A stretch of DNA of 23,773 nucleotides from Candidatus Dadabacteria bacterium (GCA_040289575.1 PSLL01000019.1:17354-41126); one strand, 5' to 3'; positions 1 to 8,261 are shown, counted from the first letter of the stretch. Notes: generated by a model not told the origin, from the sequence alone. Program-made: numbers and translations.

Positions 1-644
1 TGAATCGGGGTCGGATAAAGCCCTGCAACCACTAAACCCGCGGGGTGGGCAATATCCGCCATTATCATCGCCCCACATTCATCCGCTATCTCACGAAACC
101 TTTTAAAGTCAATCTTTCTCGGATATGCACTCCACCCGACAACTATCAGTTTCGGATGGTGATTAAGGGCAAGCTCCCTTACCTGGTCATAATCTATGAG
201 GTTATTATCCTCCCTTACACCATAGGGAATCACATTGTAGAGCGTTCCAGAGAAGTTTACGGGACTTCCATGTGTAAGATGCCCGCCGTGTGAAAGATTC
301 ATTCCAAGGATTGTATCTCCGGGCTTTAATGCCGCAAAATAGACTGCCATATTCGCCTGAGCCCCCGAATGGGGCTGAACGTTTGCTGCATCCGCCCCAA
401 ATAGCCTCTTTGCCCTCTCAATCGCAAGGGATTCGGCAATATCCACAAACTCGCACCCACCATAATACCTCTTTCCCGGAAGACCCTCGGCATATTTGTT
501 TGTAAGCACAGAACCCATTGCCTCAAGCACCGCTTCGCTTACATAATTCTCAGAAGCGATAAGCTCAAGCTTCCATTCCTGACGCTCTATCTCAGACTTT
601 ATTACCCTTGCTATCTCCGGATCAACCTTTTCAAGGCTCGACAT
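1..644 (-). CDS. glyA: Serine hydroxymethyltransferase, 5' part (runs off the left edge of the window)
   Basis: Not in the ORF track; translated by hand from ATG at 644 with GGAGG SD at 654-658: [65 protein letters not shown]...[11 protein letters not shown]...HGGHLTHGS...ADIAH. These are SHMT signature motifs. Confidence 0.97.
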   Translation of the reverse strand, partial: MSSLEKVDPEIARVIKSEIERQEWKLELIASENYVSEAVLEAMGSVLTNKYAEGLPGKRYYGGCEFVDIAESLAIERAKRLFGADAANVQPHSGAQANMAVYFAALKPGDTILGMNLSHGGHLTHGSPVNFSGTLYNVIPYGVREDNNLIDYDQVRELALNHHPKLIVVGWSAYPRKIDFKRFREIADECGAMIMADIAHPAGLVVAGLYPTPI

Positions 645-779
645 AGATTATGACCTCCATAAGTTCACAAAAGGGTATCTAATATTCGTAGGGTTGGCAA
701 GCTGAAAAGTACGTAACATAATTCTTAGAAGGAACCGTAGAAGCTCGCTTGAAAATTCGTCTCTCCTTGGGTTTATTAT

Positions 780-1538
780 ATGAAAGACAAAATGTCAACA
801 AACATGAAAAGGGCGATATTTTTTGACTTTGGCGATACACTCGCTTCAACAACGCCTTCATACCTCATCCGAATCTCTACGGCAATGAGGGCGGCGGGAT
901 ACTCCGTTTCGGACAGAGAATTCGAGATAGCCTATCTGAAGACCGACTATGAAATCTATAAGGTGTATAAAGCCAAGGGTGAAATCACCCCGAATGAATA
1001 CCGTGAGTGGTTCTTTCCAATCCTCTGTAAGCATCTTTCTCTTGACGGAGACCCATATGCCATACGCGCAAAAATGAGGGAAGCACTAAAAGAGATAAAA
1101 TTTGTTAGAGTCGCAATTTCAGGGGCGGTTGAACTCCTTGAGTTTTTAAAAGGAGAGGGATTTATCCTGGGAATAATATCAAATAATGATGGAAAAACAG
1201 AAGAGAAGTGTAACGAAGTAAAAATCAGAGGATACTTTGATATAATTGCAGATTCAACAACCCTAGGACTCACAAAACCGGACTCACGGATATTCCATTT
1301 TGTGTTAGATAAGCTCGAACTGACTTCTTCTGAAGCAATACATGTCGGAGACCTGTACGGCTCCGATGTGATGGGCGGGTTAAACGCCGGCTTAGACGTC
1401 GTCTGGCTCAATAAGAGGCAGGTCAGATTTGCTGAGATGCCCAGCTGCTTCTCCCAATTCGAGAAATTCAATGACGGCCGCGTTGCCAGTATTCAGAACT
1501 TGACAGAGATAAAAAGGCTATTGGGATTGGGAATTTGA
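780..1538 (+). CDS. HAD-superfamily hydrolase (subfamily IA)
   Basis: Motif I FDFGDTL, motif II ISN, motif III KPD, motif IV HVGDLYGSDVMG. The true start may be ATG 792 or 804. Confidence 0.9.
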   Translation: MKDKMSTNMKRAIFFDFGDTLASTTPSYLIRISTAMRAAGYSVSDREFEIAYLKTDYEIYKVYKAKGEITPNEYREWFFPILCKHLSLDGDPYAIRAKMREALKEIKFVRVAISGAVELLEFLKGEGFILGIISNNDGKTEEKCNEVKIRGYFDIIADSTTLGLTKPDSRIFHFVLDKLELTSSEAIHVGDLYGSDVMGGLNAGLDVVWLNKRQVRFAEMPSCFSQFEKFNDGRVASIQNLTEIKRLLGLGI

Positions 1539-1540
1539 CA

Positions 1541-1566
1541 GCAGGGGCGGCGCACTGTGCCTCTAA
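1541..1566. repeat. Degenerate GTAG-type REP-like palindrome
   Basis: Intergenic GCAGGGGCGGCGCACTGTGCCTCTAA forms an imperfect AGGGGC/GCCTCT hairpin resembling GTAGGGGC...GCCCCTAC REP elements. Only one copy was seen. Confidence 0.35.
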
Positions 1567-1578
1567 GGTCTCCGAAAC

Positions 1579-2694
1579 ATGACAATCTCATTTGAAATAG
1601 ACAGAGAGCTAGAGGCTATAAGAGAGGAAGTTCACAGATTTGCAGAGAAGGGGATCCGTCCAAGTCTGAGGGATTTTGAAAAAGAGGGAGATGTTACCGA
1701 AGAATTGAGAAAAAGATTCTCAGAAATGGGCCTTAGCCTCATCGATTATTCTGAAGAATACGGCGGAATCGGTCTGACAGGCGCCATCGTTATATTTGAA
1801 GAACTTGCGTGGGGAGACATCGGAGCGGCGCTCTCTCTTATGAATGGACCCGGGCTTGCGGGATACGCCGTGATTGAGATTGGAGATGAGAGCCAAAAGG
1901 AGAAATATCTCTCCCCATTTTTAAATCCATCTAATTACCGCTTGAGATACGCCTTTTGCCTTATTGAAGATAGAGCCGATTTTACAGCGGAGGATATACA
2001 AACAACGGCAACCCCCATAGAAGAAGGCTTCTTAATATCTGGGAGGAAGTTCTGCGCGATAAATGGGGACAGGGCAGACCTTTACGTTGTATTCGCCAAG
2101 TTAAAACCAAGGAATGAGTCAAGGGCTTTTATTATAGATAAAGACACAGTCGGACTAAAATCTGGAAAGGTACATGAAAAACTCGGACTCATCTGCGTCC
2201 CGACATCAGATATAATCCTGGATGAATGCAAAGTCCCAAGGGAAAATATTCTAGACGGGGCTTCCGATTTTCAAAAAGCCCTCGAACGCATATTTATAAG
2301 GGAGAAAATCATATCGGCCGCGCTAGCAGTCGGATGCGCAAGAGCGGCCAGCGAATACGCATTCAAGTACGCATCTGAAAGGGTTGCTTTCGGCACTCCT
2401 ATATACCAACACCAGGGGCTTTCATTCATGATGGCCGAGATGGCAACAGAACTAGATGCGGCAAGATGGACTCTCTGGCAGGCGGCCTGGGCTTTTGACA
2501 GCGGAAAAGAAGAGGCCTCTGCCCTCGCAGAAAAAGCGATTCTCCAGGCAAATAAAATGGGCTCAAGGGTTACATCAGACGCTGTCCAAATCCTAGGGGG
2601 ACACGGATTCATCCAAGACCATCCTGTAGAGAAATGGATGAGGGATATTAAAACGCTCTCCGTTCTAATGGGGAAACCGACTCTAAAGAGATAG
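1579..2694 (+). CDS. Acyl-CoA dehydrogenase family protein (divergent)
   Basis: EEYGG, EELAWGD, ERVAFGTPIYQHQGLSFMMAEM and AVQILGGHGFIQDHPVEKWMRD motifs. Confidence 0.93.
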   Translation: MTISFEIDRELEAIREEVHRFAEKGIRPSLRDFEKEGDVTEELRKRFSEMGLSLIDYSEEYGGIGLTGAIVIFEELAWGDIGAALSLMNGPGLAGYAVIEIGDESQKEKYLSPFLNPSNYRLRYAFCLIEDRADFTAEDIQTTATPIEEGFLISGRKFCAINGDRADLYVVFAKLKPRNESRAFIIDKDTVGLKSGKVHEKLGLICVPTSDIILDECKVPRENILDGASDFQKALERIFIREKIISAALAVGCARAASEYAFKYASERVAFGTPIYQHQGLSFMMAEMATELDAARWTLWQAAWAFDSGKEEASALAEKAILQANKMGSRVTSDAVQILGGHGFIQDHPVEKWMRDIKTLSVLMGKPTLKR

Positions 2695-3105
2695 TAAAAG
2701 ACCGCCCGCTAAAACAAGCGCTATTCCCAAAATCTCATGCGGACGTACACCCTCCCTTAGAAAAATAATGGCCCAAAATAGGGTTATAACGGGATAGAGC
2801 GAGGTCAGCGGGGTTATAATAGATGCTCGTTCCTTTTCCATAGCCAGTATGAACATAACGGTTGCCAGGGTCCATGATACACCCATCAGTACACCTGATA
2901 TTATCAAACGCCAATCGGGAAATAAGAATGCGTCTTTTAAAACCCTTCTATAAAATAAGGCAAATAGAGAAGCGGTTATGGACGTTCCTATGAATTCAAA
3001 TATATAGACCTGGTAAGGCGAACCGTATCTGTTGGCTAACTTTGCCAAGAATGACCCGACTCCCCACCCCAGAATGACTAAAACGCTTAGAATTCTCCAG
3101 TCCAT
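2683..3105 (-). CDS. EamA/DMT family small multi-pass transporter
   Basis: About 5 hydrophobic segments with the EamA-type ASIITPLTSLYPVITLFWAIIFLREG motif. Start placed at ATG 3105 (MDWRIL); the ORF track extends to TTG 3150. Overlaps the convergent ACAD gene by 12 nt. Confidence 0.85.
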   Translation of the reverse strand: MDWRILSVLVILGWGVGSFLAKLANRYGSPYQVYIFEFIGTSITASLFALFYRRVLKDAFLFPDWRLIISGVLMGVSWTLATVMFILAMEKERASIITPLTSLYPVITLFWAIIFLREGVRPHEILGIALVLAGGLLLSL

Positions 3106-3173
3106 ATAGAGCGCTCCCAAGCAGAGTAAAAGGGACAGGTTAAGAATCAAGAGGCCATTGCAACAGATGATGA

Positions 3174-4259
3174 TTACTTTCTCATTCTCCTATAAGAAGA
3201 ACCCTTGATAATCTCTTCAATCCTTGATTCGAGTCTATCGTATCTCTCCCTTAGTTCATCTATTGCATTTTTAATCTCTTCATATTCGTCCAAAGAACTT
3301 GCGGTGTGCTGAGTCGAACTAATCCTCTTGGTTTTTACGGAGGAGTATCTACTCCTATTTATATTTAAGCTCAGTATGTCCGGTCTTGAAAAATGTCCCA
3401 CGGCGTCTATTACAGCCTTAGCTCTTATAATCATATCCATATCAATCTCGCCGTAGAGTATTGCCTCTTTATCGTATATGGGCCCGGCAATGTATTCTCC
3501 CCTCGGATTTATTATGCCGCTCCCGCCCGGAAAGTCCCATTTTGTGTATTTCTTCAGAGGGAAATTATCAGGAATCATGCTCTCATTAATATAACCGGAG
3601 GATACAATTACAAATACCTGCCCTTCAAATGCGTACTGCCTGCTTGCAAAATCCATTGTAGATTTAACAAATCCATGCCCCGCCCAGAGTCCCGCGTGTA
3701 TCTGCTCCCCCTCCATAAACATCGCATACTTAGCCAGAGTCATGTGATGCTCGTAGCAGAAAAACCCCCCTACCCTTCCGAGTGGGGTATCAAACACCCT
3801 CAGGTCTTCTCCGCCACCCATTCCCCATATGCACTTTTCGCTGTCAATTGACATGAGCTTCCTGTGCCTTCCCAAGATCTCGCCGTCTCTATCTATAAAA
3901 AGTATTGTATTGTATAGGGTGCCCCCGTCCCTTTCATTTACGCCAATGATTACAAAGGCTCCTGCTTTTCTTGCGGCTTCTCGGAGCTTATCCGTGTCTT
4001 CACTCGGAATCTCTATTGAGTTTTTATAAAGCTCTGTAAAGGCATCCAGAACGAGTCTCCTTTCAGGCCCAGCTCCCAGGTCTTTAGGCCAGTATGGGTA
4101 AGCAGGGATAAAAGCCTCCGGAAAGACTATTAAATCAGCCCTGTTTTCCCTAGCCTCTTCAATCAAACTACAGACCTTTCCTATAGTCTCATCTTTATTT
4201 AAGAAAACCGGAGCGGCCTGCACCGCAGCGGCTATAAACCTTTGGTATTCTCCTCCCAT
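3174..4259 (-). CDS. Nitrilase (carbon-nitrogen hydrolase family)
   Basis: Glu-Lys-Cys triad in FPEAFIPAYP, HRKL and CYEH; C-terminal DAVGHFSRPD. SD GGAGG upstream. Confidence 0.92.
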   Translation of the reverse strand: MGGEYQRFIAAAVQAAPVFLNKDETIGKVCSLIEEARENRADLIVFPEAFIPAYPYWPKDLGAGPERRLVLDAFTELYKNSIEIPSEDTDKLREAARKAGAFVIIGVNERDGGTLYNTILFIDRDGEILGRHRKLMSIDSEKCIWGMGGGEDLRVFDTPLGRVGGFFCYEHHMTLAKYAMFMEGEQIHAGLWAGHGFVKSTMDFASRQYAFEGQVFVIVSSGYINESMIPDNFPLKKYTKWDFPGGSGIINPRGEYIAGPIYDKEAILYGEIDMDMIIRAKAVIDAVGHFSRPDILSLNINRSRYSSVKTKRISSTQHTASSLDEYEEIKNAIDELRERYDRLESRIEEIIKGSSYRRMRK

Positions 4260-4378
4260 ATCTTTGACCCTCCCTCTATTTGATTATGATTCTATTTTAC
4301 TTATAGAAGCCCAAAGATGCTAGAGTAATTACATCGAAGCACATGACTAACCAATCACATGGTGCTCACTAATGGTTA

Positions 4379-4915
4379 CTATTTATCCTGAACCTCTTTC
4401 TTAAGAACACCAATAAACGGGAGGCTCCTATACCTCTGATTGTAGTCCATCCCATATCCAACCACAAACTCATCGGGTATTTCAAATCCCAGATAATCAA
4501 TTCGGATATCCACAATCCGGCGCGCCTTTTTATCCAAAAGGGCGCATACGCGAATGTCAGAAGGTCTTCTCGCCTTTAGTGTCTTGAGTATGTAGTTAAG
4601 GGTCAATCCCGTATCAATAATATCCTCCACTAAGATTACATGCTTACCTTCTATGCTCTCATCTAAATCCTTCAGTATCCTTACCACCCCGGTCTGAGAC
4701 TGCCCCGAGTAGCTGGATATAGAGAGGAAATCAAGCGTAATCGGAATAGAGATATTCCTTATTAGGTCGCATAGAAACACAATAGCCCCTCTAAGGACGG
4801 CAACGATCACAAGGTCTTTTCCATTGTAATCACGTGATATCTCTTCTCCCAATTCTCTAATCCGCCTCTTTATTTGATCTTCTGTGATTAGAACCCTCTC
4901 TATACCCTCTTGCAT
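4379..4915 (-). CDS. hpt: Hypoxanthine phosphoribosyltransferase
   Basis: VLRGA, SY loop, PRPP-binding VEDIIDTGLTL, LLDK and FVVGYGMDYNQRYRSLP. SD GGAGAGAGG. Confidence 0.97.
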   Translation of the reverse strand: MQEGIERVLITEDQIKRRIRELGEEISRDYNGKDLVIVAVLRGAIVFLCDLIRNISIPITLDFLSISSYSGQSQTGVVRILKDLDESIEGKHVILVEDIIDTGLTLNYILKTLKARRPSDIRVCALLDKKARRIVDIRIDYLGFEIPDEFVVGYGMDYNQRYRSLPFIGVLKKEVQDK

Positions 4916-5039
4916 CTGCCTCTCTCCAAATAAGCCCAGGATTATTTTAATCTGCCTTATTGTATATGGCTATATAATTGATATGATCGATTAAAATTCA
5001 CTGAAAACAAACGACTTTTTCTCATCAATAAATCCCCCC

Positions 5040-5068
5040 TTGACATAAACTAGAGTTTGTGATATCAA
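5040..5068 (+). promoter_or_regulatory. Sigma70-type promoter for the putative ncRNA
   Basis: Perfect TTGACA (5040-5045), 17-nt spacer, then TG-n-TATCAA (-10 at 5063-5068). Predicted start about 5075-5076, coinciding with the 5' end of the long stem. No + strand gene follows. Confidence 0.65.
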
Positions 5069-5075
5069 TATTAAT

Positions 5076-5207
5076 GGGTCCCAAGAGGTTAAAGGCGGAT
5101 TTGAAAACCAAAACTTAGAGTACGGAAAGAAGAGACCGAAAGGTCAAATCAAGTAGGGAAGAAGGCAGGGGTTTTCAGAAAAGCCAAGTCACTTGGGGCC
5201 TTTTTTT
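5076..5207 (+). ncRNA. Putative rod-shaped non-coding RNA (~130 nt), family not recognised
   Basis: Nested helices: GGUCCCAAG 5077-5085/CUUGGGGCC 5192-5200; GGUU 5087-5090/AGUC 5187-5190; GGC 5094-5096/GCC 5183-5185; UUGAAAACC 5101-5109/GGUUUUCAG 5170-5178; CUU/AAG; UAC/GUA; apical GACC-GAAA-GGUC 5134-5145 (GNRA loop). U7 tract at 5201-5207 and an upstream promoter. Confidence 0.7.
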
Positions 5208-6097
5208 ATACCAAATCTCTCTAATAACCTCTTATAATCCTTTCCATAGAATATCCTTATGTTCACATCCGGATAAAGCTCTTTTAACATTCTAACCTTA
5301 CGATTCTTCTTTGTTACGAGGTTTTGCTTGAGCGTAGTAAGTTCAATATAAATGTCCAACTCAGGGAGATAAAAATCCGGTGTGAACTTTTCTATTGCAT
5401 TACCCTCATTATCCCACTTAATAGGAAAGCTCCTGGGCTCATACTCCCACTTAATTCGGTAAAAGTCCAAGACACTCGCAAAATCCCTTTCACTCGAATG
5501 GGCAAAAGAGGGTATTGATAAGTGCCTGCATTCCTCACCCGAATTAGGGGAGAAATCCGACTTGTCTAAACCGGCTTTCAATTTTTCAAGCGCCCTCCAT
5601 GTCAATCCGGCCTTTGCGGAAATGCCCTTTGTTTCAGCCGCTTTTAAAACTAAATCTACGGCGAAATCCGTATCCATATTGTCCACTTTGATCTGCAGGT
5701 CATATAAGTCGTTGCTCAACCTTTGCTCTCCATAAAGCCCCTTAATGAACCTTACGTAATTCCCCTCCTTTTTTAATTTACGGTATCCTTTTTGAGAGGC
5801 ACGGATTTTTATATGGAGAGTCCCAGGGAAATCACGAAAGAGAATCTCTCCTCCGAGATTAAAAATTATCACATTATCTTTGAGAGCTTGTTCAACTATT
5901 AGCCTTTTAATAAGTTCAGGTGGAAATTCTCCACGACCTATTCGATCGGCAATCTCCTCATTCAACGCCTGCGGGCCGTTTAACTTATCGATGATGAGAG
6001 TACTATCTACTAAAACAAAGCCCAATCTTTGGCAAATCTTTATAGCTACTTCGAGACCCAGACCGTCCAATTGTTCAGAGATAGTAATAATAGCCAT
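5189..6097 (-). CDS. Fusion of a degenerate cytidylate-kinase-like domain and a C-terminal PD-(D/E)xK-like domain
   Basis: N-terminal IITISEQLDGLG...LGFVLVD...LHIKI...LYDLQIKVD follows the cytidylate kinase-like family pattern. From aa 198, FAHSSE...WEYEP...FTPDFYLPELDIYIELTT resembles restriction-endonuclease-fold (T7 endonuclease I/TnsA-like) motifs. Confidence 0.8.
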   Translation of the reverse strand: MAIITISEQLDGLGLEVAIKICQRLGFVLVDSTLIIDKLNGPQALNEEIADRIGRGEFPPELIKRLIVEQALKDNVIIFNLGGEILFRDFPGTLHIKIRASQKGYRKLKKEGNYVRFIKGLYGEQRLSNDLYDLQIKVDNMDTDFAVDLVLKAAETKGISAKAGLTWRALEKLKAGLDKSDFSPNSGEECRHLSIPSFAHSSERDFASVLDFYRIKWEYEPRSFPIKWDNEGNAIEKFTPDFYLPELDIYIELTTLKQNLVTKKNRKVRMLKELYPDVNIRIFYGKDYKRLLERFGIKKGPK

Positions 6098-6130
6098 TTA
6101 ATTGAACTCTATATAGAAAAAAATGCTCTA

Positions 6131-7000
6131 TCACCTGAAATGAACACCATACAGCCAATAGTAAATAATAACAAAATAGTAGAAGGCAGGAAATGCAAAA
6201 ATCAGGCTGTCGAATCTGTCGAGTATGCCGCCGTGGCCCGGCAGAATTCCTCCCGAATCCTTTACCCTGGCGCTTCTTTTAATCATAGACTCAACGAGGT
6301 CTCCGAGAACCCCAACAACACCAATTACAAACCCAAATATAAAAGCCCAGTAGTATTCAAGGGGAGATTTAAAAATAAGATTCGCCACCTCCGCCGTGAT
6401 AATTGAGGATATTATTCCGCCGATTGTTCCCTCAATAGTTTTGCCGGGGCTGATTCTAGGAATCAGTTTTCTCTTCCCCATCCATCTTCCCGCAAAATAT
6501 GCTCCGGTATCATTCAAAAAGACACATGAGACGACAAAGAAAATATAGAAAAATCCCGCGTCCTTTAGTCCCTGAGCGGCTTCGGCGTATGCCTTCACGT
6601 TTGAGTTATAACCTATGTTTCGGAGTAAAACCGCATGGCTCAGAAACCACCCCAGATAAACAATCTCAAAAAGCGTTGTACCCACCTCCATAAGAGAGCC
6701 TGATAGCTCCTGATTTCTTAGATGCAATATAAAAACAGCGATCATAGAAATTGTAAAAAAAACACCCAGATAGAAATATCCAAAGTAAGCGGCTACTGCC
6801 AGAATCAGACTCAGTATAAGTCCCAATCCTCCTGCCGAAGATACTCCTTTTGCCCACAAAAGCCTAGAAAACTCAATCCCTCCAATAAAAATAACCGCGA
6901 GAATAAAAACGAGAAATGGAACTCCACCTAGGTAAAAAATGAAATAGAGCGCCGGAATCCCAACAACTGCCGTAAGTACCCTCTGAGTCAAGTTGCTCAT
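6131..7000 (-). CDS. cdsA: Phosphatidate cytidylyltransferase
   Basis: Multi-pass membrane protein with NDTGAYFAG, ISPGKTIEG and GDLVESMIKRSARVKDSGGILPGHGGILDRFDS. Confidence 0.97.
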   Translation of the reverse strand: MSNLTQRVLTAVVGIPALYFIFYLGGVPFLVFILAVIFIGGIEFSRLLWAKGVSSAGGLGLILSLILAVAAYFGYFYLGVFFTISMIAVFILHLRNQELSGSLMEVGTTLFEIVYLGWFLSHAVLLRNIGYNSNVKAYAEAAQGLKDAGFFYIFFVVSCVFLNDTGAYFAGRWMGKRKLIPRISPGKTIEGTIGGIISSIITAEVANLIFKSPLEYYWAFIFGFVIGVVGVLGDLVESMIKRSARVKDSGGILPGHGGILDRFDSLIFAFPAFYYFVIIYYWLYGVHFR

Positions 7001-7054
7001 GTTTATTAGGCAGATATAATTTCTTAAAAAACGAAAGGATGCAAATTACTTAAT

Positions 7055-7837
7055 ATGAAAGAAATAAAACTCATATATAAACCGGATAATAACCCAATGA
7101 GTGTAGCTGTTTTTGTCTCCGGCTCAGGCACGAACCTCAGAGCACTCTATGAGGAACAAAAGAGACTGGAAGAATCGGGGAATAAAAGCTACGGAAAAAT
7201 CAGGTTGGTTTTTACAAACGCCCCAAACTGTATTGGGGCGGAGGTTGCCAAAGGGTTTAGAATCCCCGTGATTAGCCTAAGCTCAAAATCCTATTTCGAG
7301 ATTCTGCAAAAGGGTGCCGATGACAATGAAGCCAGGGATTACTATGACTCAGCCGCAATTGCCCTCATTGAGGAGATTTGTGTTCCGGACCTGATAGTTC
7401 TAGCGGGTTACAGGAGAAGGCTGGGCGGTCTGTTTATAAATAGATACAGAGACAGGATCATAAATCTCTATCCAGGGGACACCACAAAGGCGTATCTCGT
7501 TCGGGGCATTGATGCCTCTGTTCAAGCCATTAGAGCCGGAGAAAAGGAGATTAAATGCACTGTCTTTCTCGCGAGGGATGGGGAGCGCTTCGGTCCAGCG
7601 ATTATACAATCTCAGCCAATCTCTCTTGAAGGATTCAATGAGGAAAACGCAAAGGTCATGCAGGAGAAAATAAGGGAAAAAGGGGAATGGCAGATACTTC
7701 CCTTTGCAGTCCATCATCTTATATCAAAAGGACTAGTAGGAATAGACAGTGAAGACAATATATACATTGATGGCATAAAAATGCCCAAAGAGGGGTATCA
7801 GTTTAGTCCGGGTCTATATTACTCGAAAGCCAAATAG
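7055..7837 (+). CDS. Formyltransferase-fold protein, PurN-like, with altered catalytic residues
   Basis: VAVFVSGSGTNLRAL phosphate loop and PDLIVLAGY match GAR transformylase, but the NIHP and D-x-G motifs are replaced. Confidence 0.8.
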   Translation: MKEIKLIYKPDNNPMSVAVFVSGSGTNLRALYEEQKRLEESGNKSYGKIRLVFTNAPNCIGAEVAKGFRIPVISLSSKSYFEILQKGADDNEARDYYDSAAIALIEEICVPDLIVLAGYRRRLGGLFINRYRDRIINLYPGDTTKAYLVRGIDASVQAIRAGEKEIKCTVFLARDGERFGPAIIQSQPISLEGFNEENAKVMQEKIREKGEWQILPFAVHHLISKGLVGIDSEDNIYIDGIKMPKEGYQFSPGLYYSKAK

Positions 7838-7876
7838 TCAGTAGTTGGGTTCTCGACCGAGGGTTAAAAAGGCCCC

Positions 7877-7905
7877 TTGACTTATTTTCCAAAAACGCAT
7901 ATAAA
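7877..7905 (+). promoter_or_regulatory. Sigma70-type promoter upstream of the Rieske ferredoxin
   Basis: TTGACT-17 nt-TATAAA; SD GAGGGAG before ATG 7939. Confidence 0.5.
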
Positions 7906-7938
7906 TTTTGTCAACAGTGAGATAAGAGGGAGAGTAAA

Positions 7939-8247
7939 ATGGGAAATCTAATTGAGGTTGCAAAAACGGGGGATATCGAGTTGGGGCAGAGTATATGTGT
8001 AGAGATTGAAGACAAGAGAATAGCCATTTTTAATATTGGAGGAAACTACTATGCAATTGATGATGCATGCACACACGTTGGCGGCCCTCTTTCAGAAGGG
8101 GAATGTGAAGAATACGTGGTTACATGCCCCTGGCATGGAGCACGGTTCAATATAAAAACAGGAGATGTCCTAAGCCCTCCTGCCAAAAGGCCTATAAAGA
8201 GCTACAGAGTACAGGTGGAGAGAGACTCAATAAAGGTAGAGATTTAA
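7939..8247 (+). CDS. Rieske [2Fe-2S] ferredoxin (dioxygenase ferredoxin/NirD-like)
   Basis: CTH...CPWHG Rieske ligands; 102 aa. Confidence 0.95.
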   Translation: MGNLIEVAKTGDIELGQSICVEIEDKRIAIFNIGGNYYAIDDACTHVGGPLSEGECEEYVVTCPWHGARFNIKTGDVLSPPAKRPIKSYRVQVERDSIKVEI

Positions 8248-8261
8248 GACATTATCCGCCT

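Noticed and set aside
45..526. ORF-track ORFs 45-293, 290-505 and 326-526
   Set aside because: Shadow or alternative frames of glyA.
645..790. Glycine or ZTP riboswitch upstream of glyA (GGAGAG on the minus strand)
   Set aside because: The companion CCGAAG and CUCUCAGG elements and the ZTP consensus are absent.
5076..5207. SRP (4.5S) RNA, 6S RNA, CsrB/Rsm RNA or purine riboswitch identity for the structured RNA
   Set aside because: No SRP CAGG...GNRA...AGCAG helix-8 motif; short for 6S and lacking a large central bubble; only three GGA motifs, none in hairpin loops; no purine-riboswitch core on the hpt strand. A divergent family member cannot be excluded without Infernal.
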